Assembly: GCF_054482595.1 (NCBI RefSeq)
Contig: NZ_CM137008.1
Strand: one strand, 5' to 3'
Length of the DNA: 64,000 nt
Shown here: piece after piece, positions 43,560-56,200 of the stretch
Layout of the letters: every line of letters starts with the position of its first letter
How positions within the stretch are numbered: the stretch's first letter is position 1
Made by a program: the position numbers and the translations under genes
The notes under the pieces: model-generated
Database searches by the model: none
What the model was told of the DNA's origin: nothing
What the model saw: only the letters and a program-made list of their open reading frames with translations

Positions 43560-44903
43560 TTAAAGCAAACCACAGCGACGTTTACTGCGTTCTTCCGCTT
43601 CCTGGTAAAGCTGGAACTCATCCAAAACCGGACAACCCAACGCCTGCTCAAATGCTTCGCGACTGGCATTACCGTGACTGCGTGTCTGCGTTTCATTACC
43701 CAGATTTGACTGGAAGATCCCCGCCGCGCTAACGGGCAAGAAATCTTCATAGGTGATGGGTTGCGCCACTACCCAACCACGTTCAATTAAGGGCTGTGGA
43801 TCGTCTCCAGGATGAATCGCCTGACGATGCGCCTCACCCGAAGGCGTCAGACGGTACCGGAACCATGCCAACCCTTGCTGACGCATTAAAAACTCACTGT
43901 CAGGAAAAGTGCGGAAGGTTTCCTGTAAATGCATTTGGTGAGTGAGATTATCCTGCCCGGTTCCAGCGTTACGCAGAAGATCATCATACAGTTGTCGCCC
44001 TTTCGGCGTTAATGCCACACCACGCTGCTCTATTTCACCAAAGCGCGCAGTATGCGTGCCCTGTTTCTGCCCCGCAAACAACACCGTCTCTTCCAGTGCT
44101 TTAAAGCTGGTCTGGCGTAGTAAAATCGGTACCTCGCGGCGCGGCGGCCCTTCGATCAGAATTTTTGGTTCAATTCCGCATTCAGGCATCATCGACTGCA
44201 CCCGGTCAATATCCAGCGTACGTGGCGTCAGGTGGTTGATATGGCATCCAGGAAAACAGACCACATCAGCAATCAACCGATGTTCGTTGTGCAAGGCGCG
44301 ATAGGTTTCTTCATCTACCGTTGCTGACTGGTGCCAGCGAAACGTTTCCAGGGCTTCCTGCACAAACTCCTGTGCCTGTGTTTCGTTAAAACCGCCCTGC
44401 TGCTCATATTCCTCTAACAGTTGTCGACAACGTGGGGTGAAGATATCGCGCTGACGCAGAATCTCCGCCGCTTTCTGGCGCAAAATTTCGTTCTCGATAA
44501 GCTCAAGGCGGAGTAAGGAGGTAAAAACGCGGAAGGGATTACGCGCCAGAGAAGCATCATCAATGGGCCGAAATGCTGTCGAATGTACCGGCACCCCTGC
44601 CTGCGAGAGATCGTAATAGCTCACCGGGTACATCCCCATAATGGCAAACATCCGCCGAAGAGTAGCAAGCTCTTGTGCAGTCCCAACGCGAATCGCCCCA
44701 TGACGTTCAACATTCAGTCGCGCCAGCTCGTCTGCATTTACCATTTTTTCGTGCAGTTGAGGATTGTTTTCCAGCACAGCCAGATTCACATCAGCTACCA
44801 GTTCCAGCAGCGTGCCATATTGCGGAACTTCTTGCTGGTACATGGCTGACATTGCCTGCGAAAACTGTTCCCGAATCTCATCCGCCGTGATGCTGTTCGC
44901 CAT
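43560..44903 (-). CDS. ydcJ: DUF1338-family protein (putative 2-oxoacid dioxygenase/decarboxylase-like)
   Basis: 447-aa ORF; synteny. Confidence 0.8.
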   Translation of the reverse strand: MANSITADEIREQFSQAMSAMYQQEVPQYGTLLELVADVNLAVLENNPQLHEKMVNADELARLNVERHGAIRVGTAQELATLRRMFAIMGMYPVSYYDLSQAGVPVHSTAFRPIDDASLARNPFRVFTSLLRLELIENEILRQKAAEILRQRDIFTPRCRQLLEEYEQQGGFNETQAQEFVQEALETFRWHQSATVDEETYRALHNEHRLIADVVCFPGCHINHLTPRTLDIDRVQSMMPECGIEPKILIEGPPRREVPILLRQTSFKALEETVLFAGQKQGTHTARFGEIEQRGVALTPKGRQLYDDLLRNAGTGQDNLTHQMHLQETFRTFPDSEFLMRQQGLAWFRYRLTPSGEAHRQAIHPGDDPQPLIERGWVVAQPITYEDFLPVSAAGIFQSNLGNETQTRSHGNASREAFEQALGCPVLDEFQLYQEAEERSKRRCGLL

Positions 44904-45119
44904 AGTGTCTGCCTCCAGTGGTCAGTAATCTGGAGTGTAGGTAACCGCATTCACTCTGGCGGGAAGAATTTACAAACTGTGATCTCGCCGCGAAAACATC
45001 AATATTATCCATTTTGCTGTAACACAATTGCTTTAATTGTTAATAATATTTTGCAATCAAGTTATCATAATCAAACAACTTCACTTGTCAGCGACACCGC
45101 TTCGTTTTTAACATCGCTT

Positions 45120-46043
45120 ATGGAAAAAAATAGTCTGTTTAGTCAGCGCATCCGTTTGCGCCACCTTCATACATTCGTAGCTGTCGCACAACAAGGAACT
45201 TTGGGGCGCGCGGCTGAAACCCTTAATTTGAGTCAACCTGCGCTCTCTAAGACATTGAATGAACTGGAGCAGCTGACTGGCGCTCGCTTGTTTGAGCGTG
45301 GTCGTCAGGGGGCGCAACTTACCTTACCCGGCGAACAATTTTTAACGCATGCAGTCAGAGTTCTTGACGCCATCAACACTGCCGGACAGTCGCTTCATCG
45401 TAAAGAAGGTCTTAATAATGATGTCGTCAGGGTTGGTGCACTACCTACTGCGGCACTGGGGATATTACCTTCGGTTATAGGTCAGTTTCATCAGCAACAA
45501 AAAGAGACGACCTTGCAAGTTGCGACAATGAGTAACCCTATGATTCTGGCGGGTTTAAAAACCGGGGAAATCGATATCGGCATTGGTCGGATGTCAGATC
45601 CTGAACTGATGACCGGGCTTAATTACGAACTGCTGTTTCTTGAATCGTTGAAGCTGGTTGTCCGCCCTAATCACCCGCTACTTCAGGAGAACGTAACGCT
45701 AAGCCGGGTGCTGGAATGGCCGGTCGTTGTATCACCAGAAGGCACTGCGCCACGCCAGCATTCAGATGCATTAGTGCAGAGCCAGGGCTGTAAAATTCCT
45801 TCGGGTTGTATCGAAACGCTGTCTGCTTCGCTATCTCGTCAACTTACGGTTGAATACGATTACGTGTGGTTTGTCCCTTCTGGCGCTGTAAAAGACGACC
45901 TGCGTCATGCCACGCTGGTGGCCCTGCCTGTTCCGGGACATGGTGCAGGCGAACCGATTGGAATACTGACCCGCGTAGATGCGACGTTCTCTTCTGGTTG
46001 CCAGTTGATGATTAACGCTATTCGAAAATCAATGCCGTTCTGA
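45120..46043 (+). CDS. ydcI: LysR-type transcriptional regulator
   Basis: ORF 44979..46043; start placed at MEKNSLFSQRIRLRHLHTF for 307 aa; LysR HTH. Confidence 0.8.
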   Translation: MEKNSLFSQRIRLRHLHTFVAVAQQGTLGRAAETLNLSQPALSKTLNELEQLTGARLFERGRQGAQLTLPGEQFLTHAVRVLDAINTAGQSLHRKEGLNNDVVRVGALPTAALGILPSVIGQFHQQQKETTLQVATMSNPMILAGLKTGEIDIGIGRMSDPELMTGLNYELLFLESLKLVVRPNHPLLQENVTLSRVLEWPVVVSPEGTAPRQHSDALVQSQGCKIPSGCIETLSASLSRQLTVEYDYVWFVPSGAVKDDLRHATLVALPVPGHGAGEPIGILTRVDATFSSGCQLMINAIRKSMPF

Positions 46044-46080
46044 AAGGTGAAGGGATCTGTCGATCCCTCCTTGAACATTT

Positions 46081-47721
46081 TCACACCGTAGCGAAACTAA
46101 CTGGTTCACCCGCTCCGCGAGGTTCTGCCGACACAGAATGTTTGTGCAGACGGAATACATCCACCGCCTCAGTTAATCGTGCCGCCTGTTCTTCAAGGGA
46201 CACCGCCGCCGCTGAGGCCTCTTCTACCAGAGAAGCATTCTGTTGCGTCACCTTATCCATTTCAGAAATCGCCTGGCTAACCTGCGTTATGCCCCTACTT
46301 TGCTCATCCGAGGCGGCGGCAATTTCCTGCATGATATGTGTGACACTCGCGACGGCATCAACAATAGTGCTCATGGTTTTCCCGGCCGTTGCCACCTCAT
46401 CCGATCCCAGGTCAATTAACCTGACTGATTCACTGATCAAGCCTTCAATTTCTTTTGCCGCCTGGGCGCTGCGGCTTGCGAGTGTCCGTACTTCGCTGGC
46501 GACAACGGCAAATCCACGCCCTTGCTCACCCGCTCGCGCAGCTTCAACGGCAGCATTCAGTGCCAGAATATTCGTCTGGAAAGCAATACTGTTGATGACG
46601 GCGGTGATCTCAGAAATTTTCTTCGAACTCGTGGAGATAGCGCCCATCGTTTTTACTACACCGGAAACCGTCTGCCCGCCATCGCTGGCTTTAATAGAAG
46701 CCTCTTGCGCCAGTTTACTGGCATAATGCGCATTATCCGCATTCTGTTTCACCGTCGCAGTGAGTTGCTCCATGCTGGCGGCAGTTTGTTCAATTGCCGC
46801 CGCTTGTTCTTCGGTGCGAGATGAAAGGTCCGCATTGCCAGCGGAAATTTCGCTGGTGCCACGATAAATCTCTTCCGCGCCCTGTCGAACAGTCCCTACT
46901 GTCATCCCCAGTGAATGCTGCATTTGCTGTAAATGACGACTTAAGCGACCGATTTCATTACGACCCGCCGGTTCATCATTCATCGTCAGATCGCCACTGG
47001 CGATTTTTTCAATCCGTTGTGCGGCATGTTGCAGTGGACGAATGACGATCCGACGTAGCACCATAAATGTTATCAGCGTCATGACCAGGGCAAGCACAAA
47101 CGCGCCAATCATAAACATCCCACCCAGGCTGGTGCGCTGATGGGCCAGTTCCGCCAGTTGGTTGGCTCTGGTGCTACGTATCTTAACGGCTTTGTTCAAA
47201 ATATCGGTATAAGCATTATCCAGCGTTCGGATCTGCTCACTTTCATGATTGATAATCGCTTCAAACATGCCATTTTTGGCATATTTCATCATAGGTTGCA
47301 TACCCGTGATATAAGCCTGGAAGCGTTGATTTAATTCAGTGTCTAGGGCTTCATCAGCAGGTGTTTTCACCGGCCGATTCTGATAAGCACGATAACCTTG
47401 CTGCGACTGTTTAATCTCCGATTCGGCTTGCGTAATATTTCGCTTCATTGCTTCCATTTCCGCAATACGACTCGCAGCCCCGGCCTGAATCATATTGATC
47501 CGGGCTGAACGCAAAAAATCTGAACTGTTCGCTAACCCGGTCCGAATCTCAATCTCCGCAGTAACATCACGCTGATCGCGATCGGCCTGCCAGAGGAAAT
47601 AGCCAGCCAGGGCTGAACTTAATGCGAATAGAACTAAGATACCGCCTAGAATGCAGGCAAATAACGGAACCAACCTGATGTGATGCAAAAAACCTAATCG
47701 CTGTGAGGGAGTTGTATTCAT
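46081..47721 (-). CDS. trg: Methyl-accepting chemotaxis protein III (ribose/galactose sensor)
   Basis: 546-aa ORF; two transmembrane segments, HAMP and highly conserved MCP signalling domain. Confidence 0.9.
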   Translation of the reverse strand: MNTTPSQRLGFLHHIRLVPLFACILGGILVLFALSSALAGYFLWQADRDQRDVTAEIEIRTGLANSSDFLRSARINMIQAGAASRIAEMEAMKRNITQAESEIKQSQQGYRAYQNRPVKTPADEALDTELNQRFQAYITGMQPMMKYAKNGMFEAIINHESEQIRTLDNAYTDILNKAVKIRSTRANQLAELAHQRTSLGGMFMIGAFVLALVMTLITFMVLRRIVIRPLQHAAQRIEKIASGDLTMNDEPAGRNEIGRLSRHLQQMQHSLGMTVGTVRQGAEEIYRGTSEISAGNADLSSRTEEQAAAIEQTAASMEQLTATVKQNADNAHYASKLAQEASIKASDGGQTVSGVVKTMGAISTSSKKISEITAVINSIAFQTNILALNAAVEAARAGEQGRGFAVVASEVRTLASRSAQAAKEIEGLISESVRLIDLGSDEVATAGKTMSTIVDAVASVTHIMQEIAAASDEQSRGITQVSQAISEMDKVTQQNASLVEEASAAAVSLEEQAARLTEAVDVFRLHKHSVSAEPRGAGEPVSFATV

Positions 47722-48061
47722 TACCGTTGTCTCTCGTCCAGGTTTACTCCTGATAGAAAGTCATCGGCATTTGACGGTAATTACTTACGACTAAAAGCCT
47801 CTTTGCGTCACATTTTTACAACAATTATTGCAGAGAAGATTAATGCCATTGGAATGAAGAGAGTAACGAATGGTTAAACTGGCTAACCCGAATGACGAAA
47901 AATTCTGGAAAACAGCACGCAATTTCGTCAGGTGATTATTTTCGTCCCTAAGGAAACCACATAGGATGCTCACGGGTGCCTGAGACTTTCTGTTTTCAGG
48001 CTAACCGGGAATCAGAAAGACGAAGGCCCCGACCGATATTTCTATCAACCGAGGCCAACGA

Positions 48062-48269
<208 letters not shown>

Positions 48270-48340
48270 GGGCAAGCGCGGGGATTTTCCCCGCGCATCT
48301 GACTAGCAGATTCATTTTCTCATGGCACCCCTTTTACACT

Positions 48341-48514
48341 TCAGTTAGTGCATGTTTTTTTCGATGCACTAATAGAACCATCATTACAGACAAATTTGCC
48401 GCCTGCCGTACAGTGTGAGATCCCCCCTTTCGAACCAGAACAGGGTTTGCGCCCGGCATCGGCATAAAAGGAAACAAGCGTTCCCATAAACAAAATAAGT
48501 GCCAGTTTTTTCAT
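48341..48514 (-). CDS. ydcA: Small secreted protein YdcA (57 aa)
   Basis: Encodes MKKLALILFMGTLVSFYADA... with signal peptide; too short for the ORF track. Confidence 0.6.
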   Translation of the reverse strand: MKKLALILFMGTLVSFYADAGRKPCSGSKGGISHCTAGGKFVCNDGSISASKKTCTN

Positions 48515-48675
48515 ATAACCTCCATGGTTTATCGAATCTTATGTTCGATTTGAACGTTATACGCTGGTTTATTTTGATACCGTTGATGAGATCAAAGATC
48601 GGGTGAATTGATTAAAAATAAGGCAGATGGACGTATGGGCAAGGATTATGGTTTTATTTGTCATACAAATAAATA

Positions 48676-48739
48676 TAATAGGCGCTTCCGATGTAGACCC
48701 GTATTCTTCGCCTGTACCACGGGTCGGTTTTAGTACAGG
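48676..48739 (+). ncRNA. rydC: RydC small regulatory RNA
   Basis: tataat -10 at 48664..48669; transcript begins cttccgatgtagaccc...; terminator stem cgcctgtac/gtacaggcg followed by ttttcttt; convergent with cybB. Confidence 0.55.
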
Positions 48740-48758
48740 CGTTTTCTTTAAATATCCT

Positions 48759-49289
48759 TCAGGAACGTTTACGCGGCATCATGCGTAGAAGTGTGTTGTC
48801 CTTCCAGAAATAGTGGTGTGCCAGTGCAGCCGCAGCGTGCAACCCGATGAGAAAATATCCCAGATTCGCCAGCGTCTCATGCCACGACTTTAAGCTATCA
48901 ACCCGTTCGAAATTGGCCTCTGAAGCGTAAGGCATCGTCAAACCAAACACAAACCACGGGTTGCCCCGGTTATACATCATCACCAAACCAATCACTGGCA
49001 GCGCAATAAACAGGAGATAAATCACCAAATGTCCCAAATGCGCCAGTCCCGTCATCATCGGTTTCGGCTTAGGTATAATCGGCGGGGTTGGGTATTTCAG
49101 TCTTAACAAAAGACGAACCACCATCAGCACGAGAATTGAGATGCCACAGGAAACATGAATCATGTTGATGAGCGGCCGATCGCTACGTGGGAAGAAACCC
49201 CGAAACTCCATTGCGCAATACGCTGCGATAACCAGCAAAAAGACCAGCCAGTGAATGCTGATTTGTAACCTTGAGTATTTATTTTCCAT
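48759..49289 (-). CDS. cybB: Cytochrome b561
   Basis: ORF 48759..49325; start placed at MENKYSRLQISIHWLVF for 176 aa; haem-ligand histidines in membrane helices. Confidence 0.85.
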   Translation of the reverse strand: MENKYSRLQISIHWLVFLLVIAAYCAMEFRGFFPRSDRPLINMIHVSCGISILVLMVVRLLLRLKYPTPPIIPKPKPMMTGLAHLGHLVIYLLFIALPVIGLVMMYNRGNPWFVFGLTMPYASEANFERVDSLKSWHETLANLGYFLIGLHAAAALAHHYFWKDNTLLRMMPRKRS

Positions 49290-49477
49290 AACATTTCCTG
49301 CTTTAACATAATTTTCCGTTAACATAACGGGCTTTTCTCAAAATTTCATTAAATATTGTTCACCCGTTTTCAGTACGTTACGTTTCACTGTAAGAATGGA
49401 GATTGCCCATCCCACAATCCTGGGCTAAGCCTGGAAAGGATCAATTTTCATCCGAACGTTCCTGACAGGAGAAAACC

Positions 49478-50479
49478 ATGAGTAAAGTTGGTATTAACGG
49501 TTTTGGTCGTATCGGTCGACTGGTGTTGCGTCGATTACTTGAAGTCAAAAGCAACATAGACGTTGTCGCTATTAATGATCTTACTTCCCCAAAAATTCTC
49601 GCCTATCTGCTGAAACATGATTCAAACTATGGTCCGTTCCCCTGGAGCGTTGATTTTACGGAAGATTCACTTATCGTTGATGGGAAAAGTATCTCGGTTT
49701 ACGCCGAAAAAGAGGCTAAAAATATTCCGTGGAAAGCGAAAGGTGCAGAAATCATTGTCGAATGTACTGGCTTTTATACCTCCGCCGATAAATCGCAGGC
49801 GCATCTTGATGCTGGTGCGAAGAAGGTGTTGATTTCCGCTCCTGCCGGTGAAATGAAAACCATCGTTTATAACGTTAATGACGACACTCTGGATGGCAAC
49901 GATACCATTGTTTCCGTGGCGTCATGCACCACTAACTGCCTTGCGCCGATGGCCAAAGCCTTGCATGACAGTTTCGGGATAGAAGTCGGCACGATGACGA
50001 CCATTCATGCCTATACTGGCACCCAGTCACTGGTGGATGGCCCGCATGGTAAAGATTTACGTGCTTCACGCGCCGCGGCAGAAAATATCATTCCCCACAC
50101 TACGGGCGCGGCAAAAGCCATTGGTCTGGTGATCCCGGAACTGAGCGGCAAACTGAAAGGTCATGCGCAACGCGTGCCGGTGAAAACAGGTTCGGTCACT
50201 GAACTGGTATCGATTCTCGGAAAAAAAGTGACTGCCGAAGAGGTGAATAACGCACTTAAACAAGCAACCACCAATAACGAGTCATTTGGTTATACCGATG
50301 AAGAAATAGTCTCTTCCGATATCATTGGCAGCCATTTCGGTTCGGTGTTTGATGCCACGCAAACGGAAATTACCGCCGTGGGCGATTTACAACTGGTGAA
50401 AACGGTCGCCTGGTACGATAACGAATATGGCTTCGTCACGCAGCTTATTCGCACCCTCGAAAAATTCGCTAAACTCTGA
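49478..50479 (+). CDS. gapC: Glyceraldehyde-3-phosphate dehydrogenase C, uninterrupted
   Basis: Continuous 333-aa ORF with NAD-binding GFGRIGR and active-site SCTTNC. Confidence 0.85.
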   Translation: MSKVGINGFGRIGRLVLRRLLEVKSNIDVVAINDLTSPKILAYLLKHDSNYGPFPWSVDFTEDSLIVDGKSISVYAEKEAKNIPWKAKGAEIIVECTGFYTSADKSQAHLDAGAKKVLISAPAGEMKTIVYNVNDDTLDGNDTIVSVASCTTNCLAPMAKALHDSFGIEVGTMTTIHAYTGTQSLVDGPHGKDLRASRAAAENIIPHTTGAAKAIGLVIPELSGKLKGHAQRVPVKTGSVTELVSILGKKVTAEEVNNALKQATTNNESFGYTDEEIVSSDIIGSHFGSVFDATQTEITAVGDLQLVKTVAWYDNEYGFVTQLIRTLEKFAKL

Positions 50480-50520
50480 CGCGCACAGGCGGAGGAAAAA
50501 ACCTCCGCCTCTTTCACTCA

Positions 50521-51960
50521 TCAAGACTGTAAATAAACCACCTGGGTCTGCAGATATTCATGCAGGCCATGTTTACCATCTGCGCCGCCAATACCGGATT
50601 TACGCCATCCGGCGTGGAAGCCTTGCATAGCTTCGAAGTTTTCACGGTTGATGTAAGTTTCACCAAACTTCAGCCCTTTAATGGCTTTCATCGCGACGTT
50701 CAGATTTTGGGTATAGATTGATGAGGTCAGGCCGTAATCACTGTCATTAGCCATTGAGATAGCATCTTCCAGCGTGTCAAATGCGACTACCGGCAGAACC
50801 GGGCCAAAGGTTTCCTCATGCATAATCGACATTTCCTGGCGAACATCCAGCAGCAATGTCGGCGGATAATAATATCCTTTCCCCTCTACCGCTTTGCCAC
50901 CCAACGCCACTCTCGCCCCTTCTTCTACTGCGCGCGCCACTTTTTGCTCGACCCTTTCCAGCGCCGCGGCGTTAATCAACGGCCCCATCGCAATGTCGTT
51001 GCGTTCAGCGGGGTTACCAAATTGAACCGCCTGCATCGCTTCACCCAGCCGATTGACGAACTGATCATAAATGCCTTTCTGTACATAAACACGTTCTGCA
51101 CAGTTACACACTTGCCCACTATTAATGACACGTGAATCAACGATGGCTTTGACTGCCAGTTCAAGATCGGCATCGTCCATTACGATAGCTGGTGCTTTAC
51201 CCCCCAGTTCCAGGCACACTTTGGTGATGTTTTTCGCCGCAGTCGCCATGATCTTCTCACCTGCAGAGACGCTGCCTGTCATACTGACCATTGCGACCTT
51301 TGGGTTACCCGCCAGTTCTTGCCCAACGGTTTCACCACGCCCCAGAACAAGGTTAAACACGCCGCGCGGAAGGCCTATTTCATCGACGATTTTGGCGAAT
51401 GCAATCGCATTGTTTGGCGTAAATTCACTGGGTTTAATGACAATGGTATTACCAGTCAAAAGAGCGGGAGCCATTTTGCGGGCAATGAGGAAGAACGGGA
51501 AGTTCCACGGCAGAATGCCGGTAGTCACACCAAGCGCACGTTTAAACAGAAGAATATTTTCTCCTGGACGATCGCTTTGAATAATCTCGCCCTCGTAACG
51601 CCGTGCCCACTCCGCCATGTAATCGATATAGTCGGCAGTAAAAGCCACTTCGACTTCAGCCAGCTGCTGGATCTTGCCCCCTTCTTCAACAATCAGCGCA
51701 CTGATTTCACTGGCGCGTTCGCGGATCCCGGCGGAGATTTTGCGCAACCAACTGGCGCGTTCAATTGCAGGCAACGCTTCCCATTCTGGTTGTGCACGTT
51801 CTGCTGCATCGATTGCCTTACGGGCATCCTCGGCCTGACCATCGGGAATGCGGGAAATGACAGCCTCTGTAGCAGGGTTTACCACATCAATCCATGCGTC
51901 TCCACGCCAGGTAACAAACTGTCCATCAATATACATAGGATGTTGAACGGGTACTGACAT
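50521..51960 (-). CDS. aldA: Lactaldehyde dehydrogenase
   Basis: 479-aa aldehyde dehydrogenase ORF; synteny. Confidence 0.9.
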   Translation of the reverse strand: MSVPVQHPMYIDGQFVTWRGDAWIDVVNPATEAVISRIPDGQAEDARKAIDAAERAQPEWEALPAIERASWLRKISAGIRERASEISALIVEEGGKIQQLAEVEVAFTADYIDYMAEWARRYEGEIIQSDRPGENILLFKRALGVTTGILPWNFPFFLIARKMAPALLTGNTIVIKPSEFTPNNAIAFAKIVDEIGLPRGVFNLVLGRGETVGQELAGNPKVAMVSMTGSVSAGEKIMATAAKNITKVCLELGGKAPAIVMDDADLELAVKAIVDSRVINSGQVCNCAERVYVQKGIYDQFVNRLGEAMQAVQFGNPAERNDIAMGPLINAAALERVEQKVARAVEEGARVALGGKAVEGKGYYYPPTLLLDVRQEMSIMHEETFGPVLPVVAFDTLEDAISMANDSDYGLTSSIYTQNLNVAMKAIKGLKFGETYINRENFEAMQGFHAGWRKSGIGGADGKHGLHEYLQTQVVYLQS

Positions 51961-52156
51961 GGGCGACTCCTGTGATTTATATGTTTGTTTTTGGTGAATA
52001 CATTGTTAATTAACATCAATCATCAGAGAGACGGCATCGCGAAAGGACAATTCTGTGAAGGGCTTCATAAAAACAAGTGTAAAAGGAATAAAAGGCAGAA
52101 ATAAAAGTCAGGAGTCATGCCCGTTTGCAAACAAGTGGTTCACAAACGGGCAATTT

Positions 52157-52957
52157 TTAACGTAACGAGCGACTTTCCATCGCCTCGATGAGCACCGCAT
52201 CGTGTTTCAGCGTTTGCCATGCATGGATGACTTCTGCCGGAAAATCAACGTGAACGATAAAATCTCGCCCGCGGGGACCGTAGCCATCGCTATCATCGCG
52301 TAAACGCGGCAGCTCGCCAGTGAGTAGTGAGAGATAACGCTCAACCGGCCATAATCCTTGTAACTGATTAATAAAGATTACACTGTCTGCGTTATTTCCT
52401 AACTGAGGAACGAATCCGGGATAACTCAACCAGCGGGGTGCATCGGGATTGTCCCCGGTCATACGGCGGAACGTTGCCATCGTGCGCCGCTGCATGGTGG
52501 GGTCCTGTACAACGATAGCCGTATGAACTCGTTCTACGGCCTGATTCAATAGCGCGATGCTAAAGCGTGCGTTTTCACCGCAGTTTGTTGACTGGTCTTC
52601 AATCCAGATTTTTTCATGCGGAATATGCCAGAACTGATGAGCGATATCCGCCAGGATGGTCGCTTCTGCTCTGCCAGTGGTGCGGATAGTGTTGTAGTGC
52701 GGATGCTGTGCGATGGCGCTATACAAAAAAGTGGTCGAGTGACCGATACCACCACTAATCAGTAAAGGAATTTGCTGATCGCGAGCAATCTTACATGCCG
52801 CATCGATAGTCGGCATAACCGCATTTCCTGCAAGTATGACGCAATCAGCCTGATACGGCACCTCACCGGAGAAATCATCCTGCGCCAGCCACTGTCCGAT
52901 AACATTTATGGCATCTATAGTTGCCGTCGAAAGCGTCGGAAACGGGGTAATGTTCAT
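52157..52957 (-). CDS. ydcF: DUF218-family protein
   Basis: 266-aa ORF; synteny. Confidence 0.8.
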
Positions 52958-53170
52958 GGTTCCTCCTTATCGTTCCCTTAAGAATACTGCGTGAGATAAT
53001 AGTGAGAAGCGGAGCACTCTGAAAGGAGGATGTCGTATTTCCTTAACCGCCACTCCGCAAGCCTGACATATCTTTTAAGGAAATGCTGTAGATAAACATT
53101 ATTCATCTTGCAGCAGAGAATTGTATTTTTCTGAATTCCTGAATTTTTGCCCTTACCGTTTTAGAATTAA

Positions 53171-53202
53171 TAAAAAACCCGGCGCTAAATGCTTACCGGG
53201 TT
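53171..53202 (-). terminator. Rho-independent terminator downstream of hrpA
   Basis: On the minus strand, stem aacccgg/ccgggtt with 13-nt loop followed by a U-rich tract. Confidence 0.45.
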
Positions 53203-53228
53203 TTATATTTATCAGGCAAATAGCCGCG

Positions 53229-56200
53229 TTAACCGCTAATCTGCTCCATCGCCTGCAAAATACGCTTATCTGAAATCGGATAAGGTGTACCGAGTTGTTG
53301 GGCAAAATAGCTGACGCGCAGCTCTTCTATCATCCAACGGATCTCTTTCACGTCTTCATCCTCACGACGTGCAGGCGGCAGTTTGTTGATCCATTGCTGC
53401 CACGCCTGCTGGACGTTTTCGACTTTCAGCATCTGAGCACGGTCGCGATGTGGGTCAACCCCCAGTTTTTCCAGTCGTTTTTCAATCGCCTGCAAATAAC
53501 GCAGCGTGTCGCCCAGCCGTTTGAAGCCGTTACCAGTCACAAAACCGCGATACACCAACCCGCCCATCTGCGCTTTAATGTCAGAAAGCCCCAGCGCCAT
53601 GGTCATATCCACCCGCCCTTTCAGGCGTTTGTTGATATTGAACACTGCCGTAAGGATTTGCTCGACCTGCTTCGCAATATCCACCACCGTGTCGTTCAGT
53701 TCAGCGCGAACTTTTTCATGCAGCGCAGCAAAGCCTTCTTCCGTCCAGACCGGGCCACCATTGGCGTCGATCAGTTGATCCACACCGCAGGAGATACAGT
53801 CGTCGATCAGCTCCAGCACTTTGCCATACGGGTTAAAGTACAGCCCCAGCTTGGCTTTGTTTGGTAACTTCTCATGTAAATACTTGATTGGTGAGGGAAT
53901 ATTCAGCAGCAGTAGACGGCGAAGACCGTTCCACATTGCCTGTTTTTGCTCCAGCGGGTTATCAAACAGTTTGATCGCCACACTGTCGCGCTCATCCACC
54001 AGCGCCGGCCACGCCTTCACTTTGTAGTTACCACGCTTCTGTTCGTAGCTTTCCGGCAACTGACCAAAACTCCAGATATGTAAGCCGCTCTGCTCGATAC
54101 CGTCATCCGCCACCGCAGATAGCGTTTCCTGCACTTTGCCTTTCAGCGCATCTTTCAGATCTTGTAGCGAGCGCCCTTCTTTTAGCTTCTTGTTTTTGTC
54201 ATCCACCACGCGGAAGGTGATTTTCAGGTGATCGGGCACCTGATCCCAGTGCCAGTCTTCGCGGTCAACGGTAACGCCGGTCATCCGCCGTAACTCGCGC
54301 TCAAGGCTGTCGAGCAACGGTAACTCCAGCGGTGTGACGCGGCCTAAAAACGCTTCGGCATAGTTTGGCGCAGGTACAAAATTACGGCGTACCGGTTTCG
54401 GCAACGATTTAATCAGAGCAATCACCAGTTCGCGGCGCAGACCAGGGATCTGCCATTCAAACCCGCTTTCCTCAACCTGGTTAAGTAACGGCAGCGGAAT
54501 ATGTACGGTCACACCGTCAGCATCCGCGCCGGGCTCAAACTGATAGCTCAAACGCAGCTTGAGATTGCCCTGATGCCAGAAGTTCGGGTAATCCAGCTTG
54601 CTGATCTTTTCCGCCCCTTCTTTGATCAACATGCTCTTTTCAAAGTTGAGCAAATCAGGCGTTTCGCGGCTGACTTTTTTCCACCAGCTGTCGAAGTGAC
54701 GAGCGGAGATTACATCGTGGCTGATGCGCTGGTCGTAGAACTCAAACAGCGTTTCGTCATCAACCAGAATATCGCGGCGACGTGATTTGTGTTCAAGCTC
54801 TTCCACTTCGGCCCGCAGTTTCAGGTTTTCACGGAAGAATGCGTGACGCGTCTGCCAGTCACCTTCCACCAGCGCGTGGCGAATAAAGAGTTCACGACAT
54901 AACGCCGGATCGATCTGGCTGTAGTTGACCTTGCGCGCGGCAACAATCGGCAAACCATAAACAGTGACTTTTTCCGTTGCCATCACCGCGCCCTGCGCCC
55001 GTTCCCAGTGCGGTTCGCTGTAGGTACGTTTAATCAAATGCTGAGCGACAGGCTCCACCCATTCCGGGTCGATACGCGCAGCAATGCGCCCCCACAGGCG
55101 GCTGGTTTCTACCAGTTCCGCCACCATTACCCATTTCGGCGGTTTTTTGAATAAACCAGAACCGGGGAAGATGGAGAAACGCGCGTTACGTGCGCCGGTA
55201 TATTCTTGTTTATCGGCATCTTTCATGCCGATATGGGAAAGCAAACCCGTCAGCAACGCAATGTGAATTTCGCGATATTCCGCCGGTTCGCTGTTCACCG
55301 GAATGCCGAGTTCTTTCACCACCTGGCGCAACTGGGTGTAGATATCCTGCCATTCGCGCACGCGCAGATAGTTGAGATAATCGGTACGACACAGGCGACG
55401 GAAGGCGTTGGAAGAAAGCGCCTTTTGCTGCTCGCCAAGATAATTCCACAGATTCACAAACGCGAGGAAGTCAGACTCTTTGTCGTGGAAGCGACGATGT
55501 TTTTCGTCCGATGCCTGCTGTTTGTCCATCGGACGTTCGCGCGGATCCTGAATGGAGAGCGCGGACGTGATAATCATCGCCTCACGCACGCAGCCATGTT
55601 TTTGCGCTTCCAGCACCATACGCGCCAGACGTGGGTCGACAGGCAACTGCGAGAGCTGGCGACCGAGCGGCGTCAATTTATAGGCGCTGGCCTGTTCATC
55701 AGTGGTGATCGCGCCCAGCTCTTCGAGCAGACGCACGCCATCCTGGATATTGCGTTTATCCGGTGCTTCGACAAACGGGAACGCAGCGATATCGCCCAGC
55801 CCCAGCGCGGTCATCTGCAAAATAACCGAGGCCAGGTTGGTACGCAGAATTTCCGGGTCGGTAAACTCCGGGCGCGAGAGGAAATCGTCTTCGGAATAGA
55901 GACGAATACAGATCCCTTCGGACACACGACCACAGCGGCCTTTACGCTGATTGGCAGACGCCTGCGAAATGGGCTCAATCGGCAAACGCTGCACTTTGGT
56001 GCGATAGCTGTAGCGGCTGATACGCGCCGTACCGGGGTCGATAACGTATTTAATCCCCGGTACAGTCAGCGAGGTTTCCGCGACGTTGGTCGCCAGCACA
56101 ATGCGTCGCCCGCTGTGCGACTGGAACACGCGGTTCTGTTCGCTATTCGAAAGCCGCGCATAAAGCGGCAAGATTTCGGTATGGCGTAAGTTCAGCTTGT

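Noticed and set aside
55206-56189. Plus-strand 327-aa ORF inside hrpA, and a similar one at 53295..53867
   Set aside because: Antisense to the HrpA helicase frame, which carries clear Walker and DEAH motifs.
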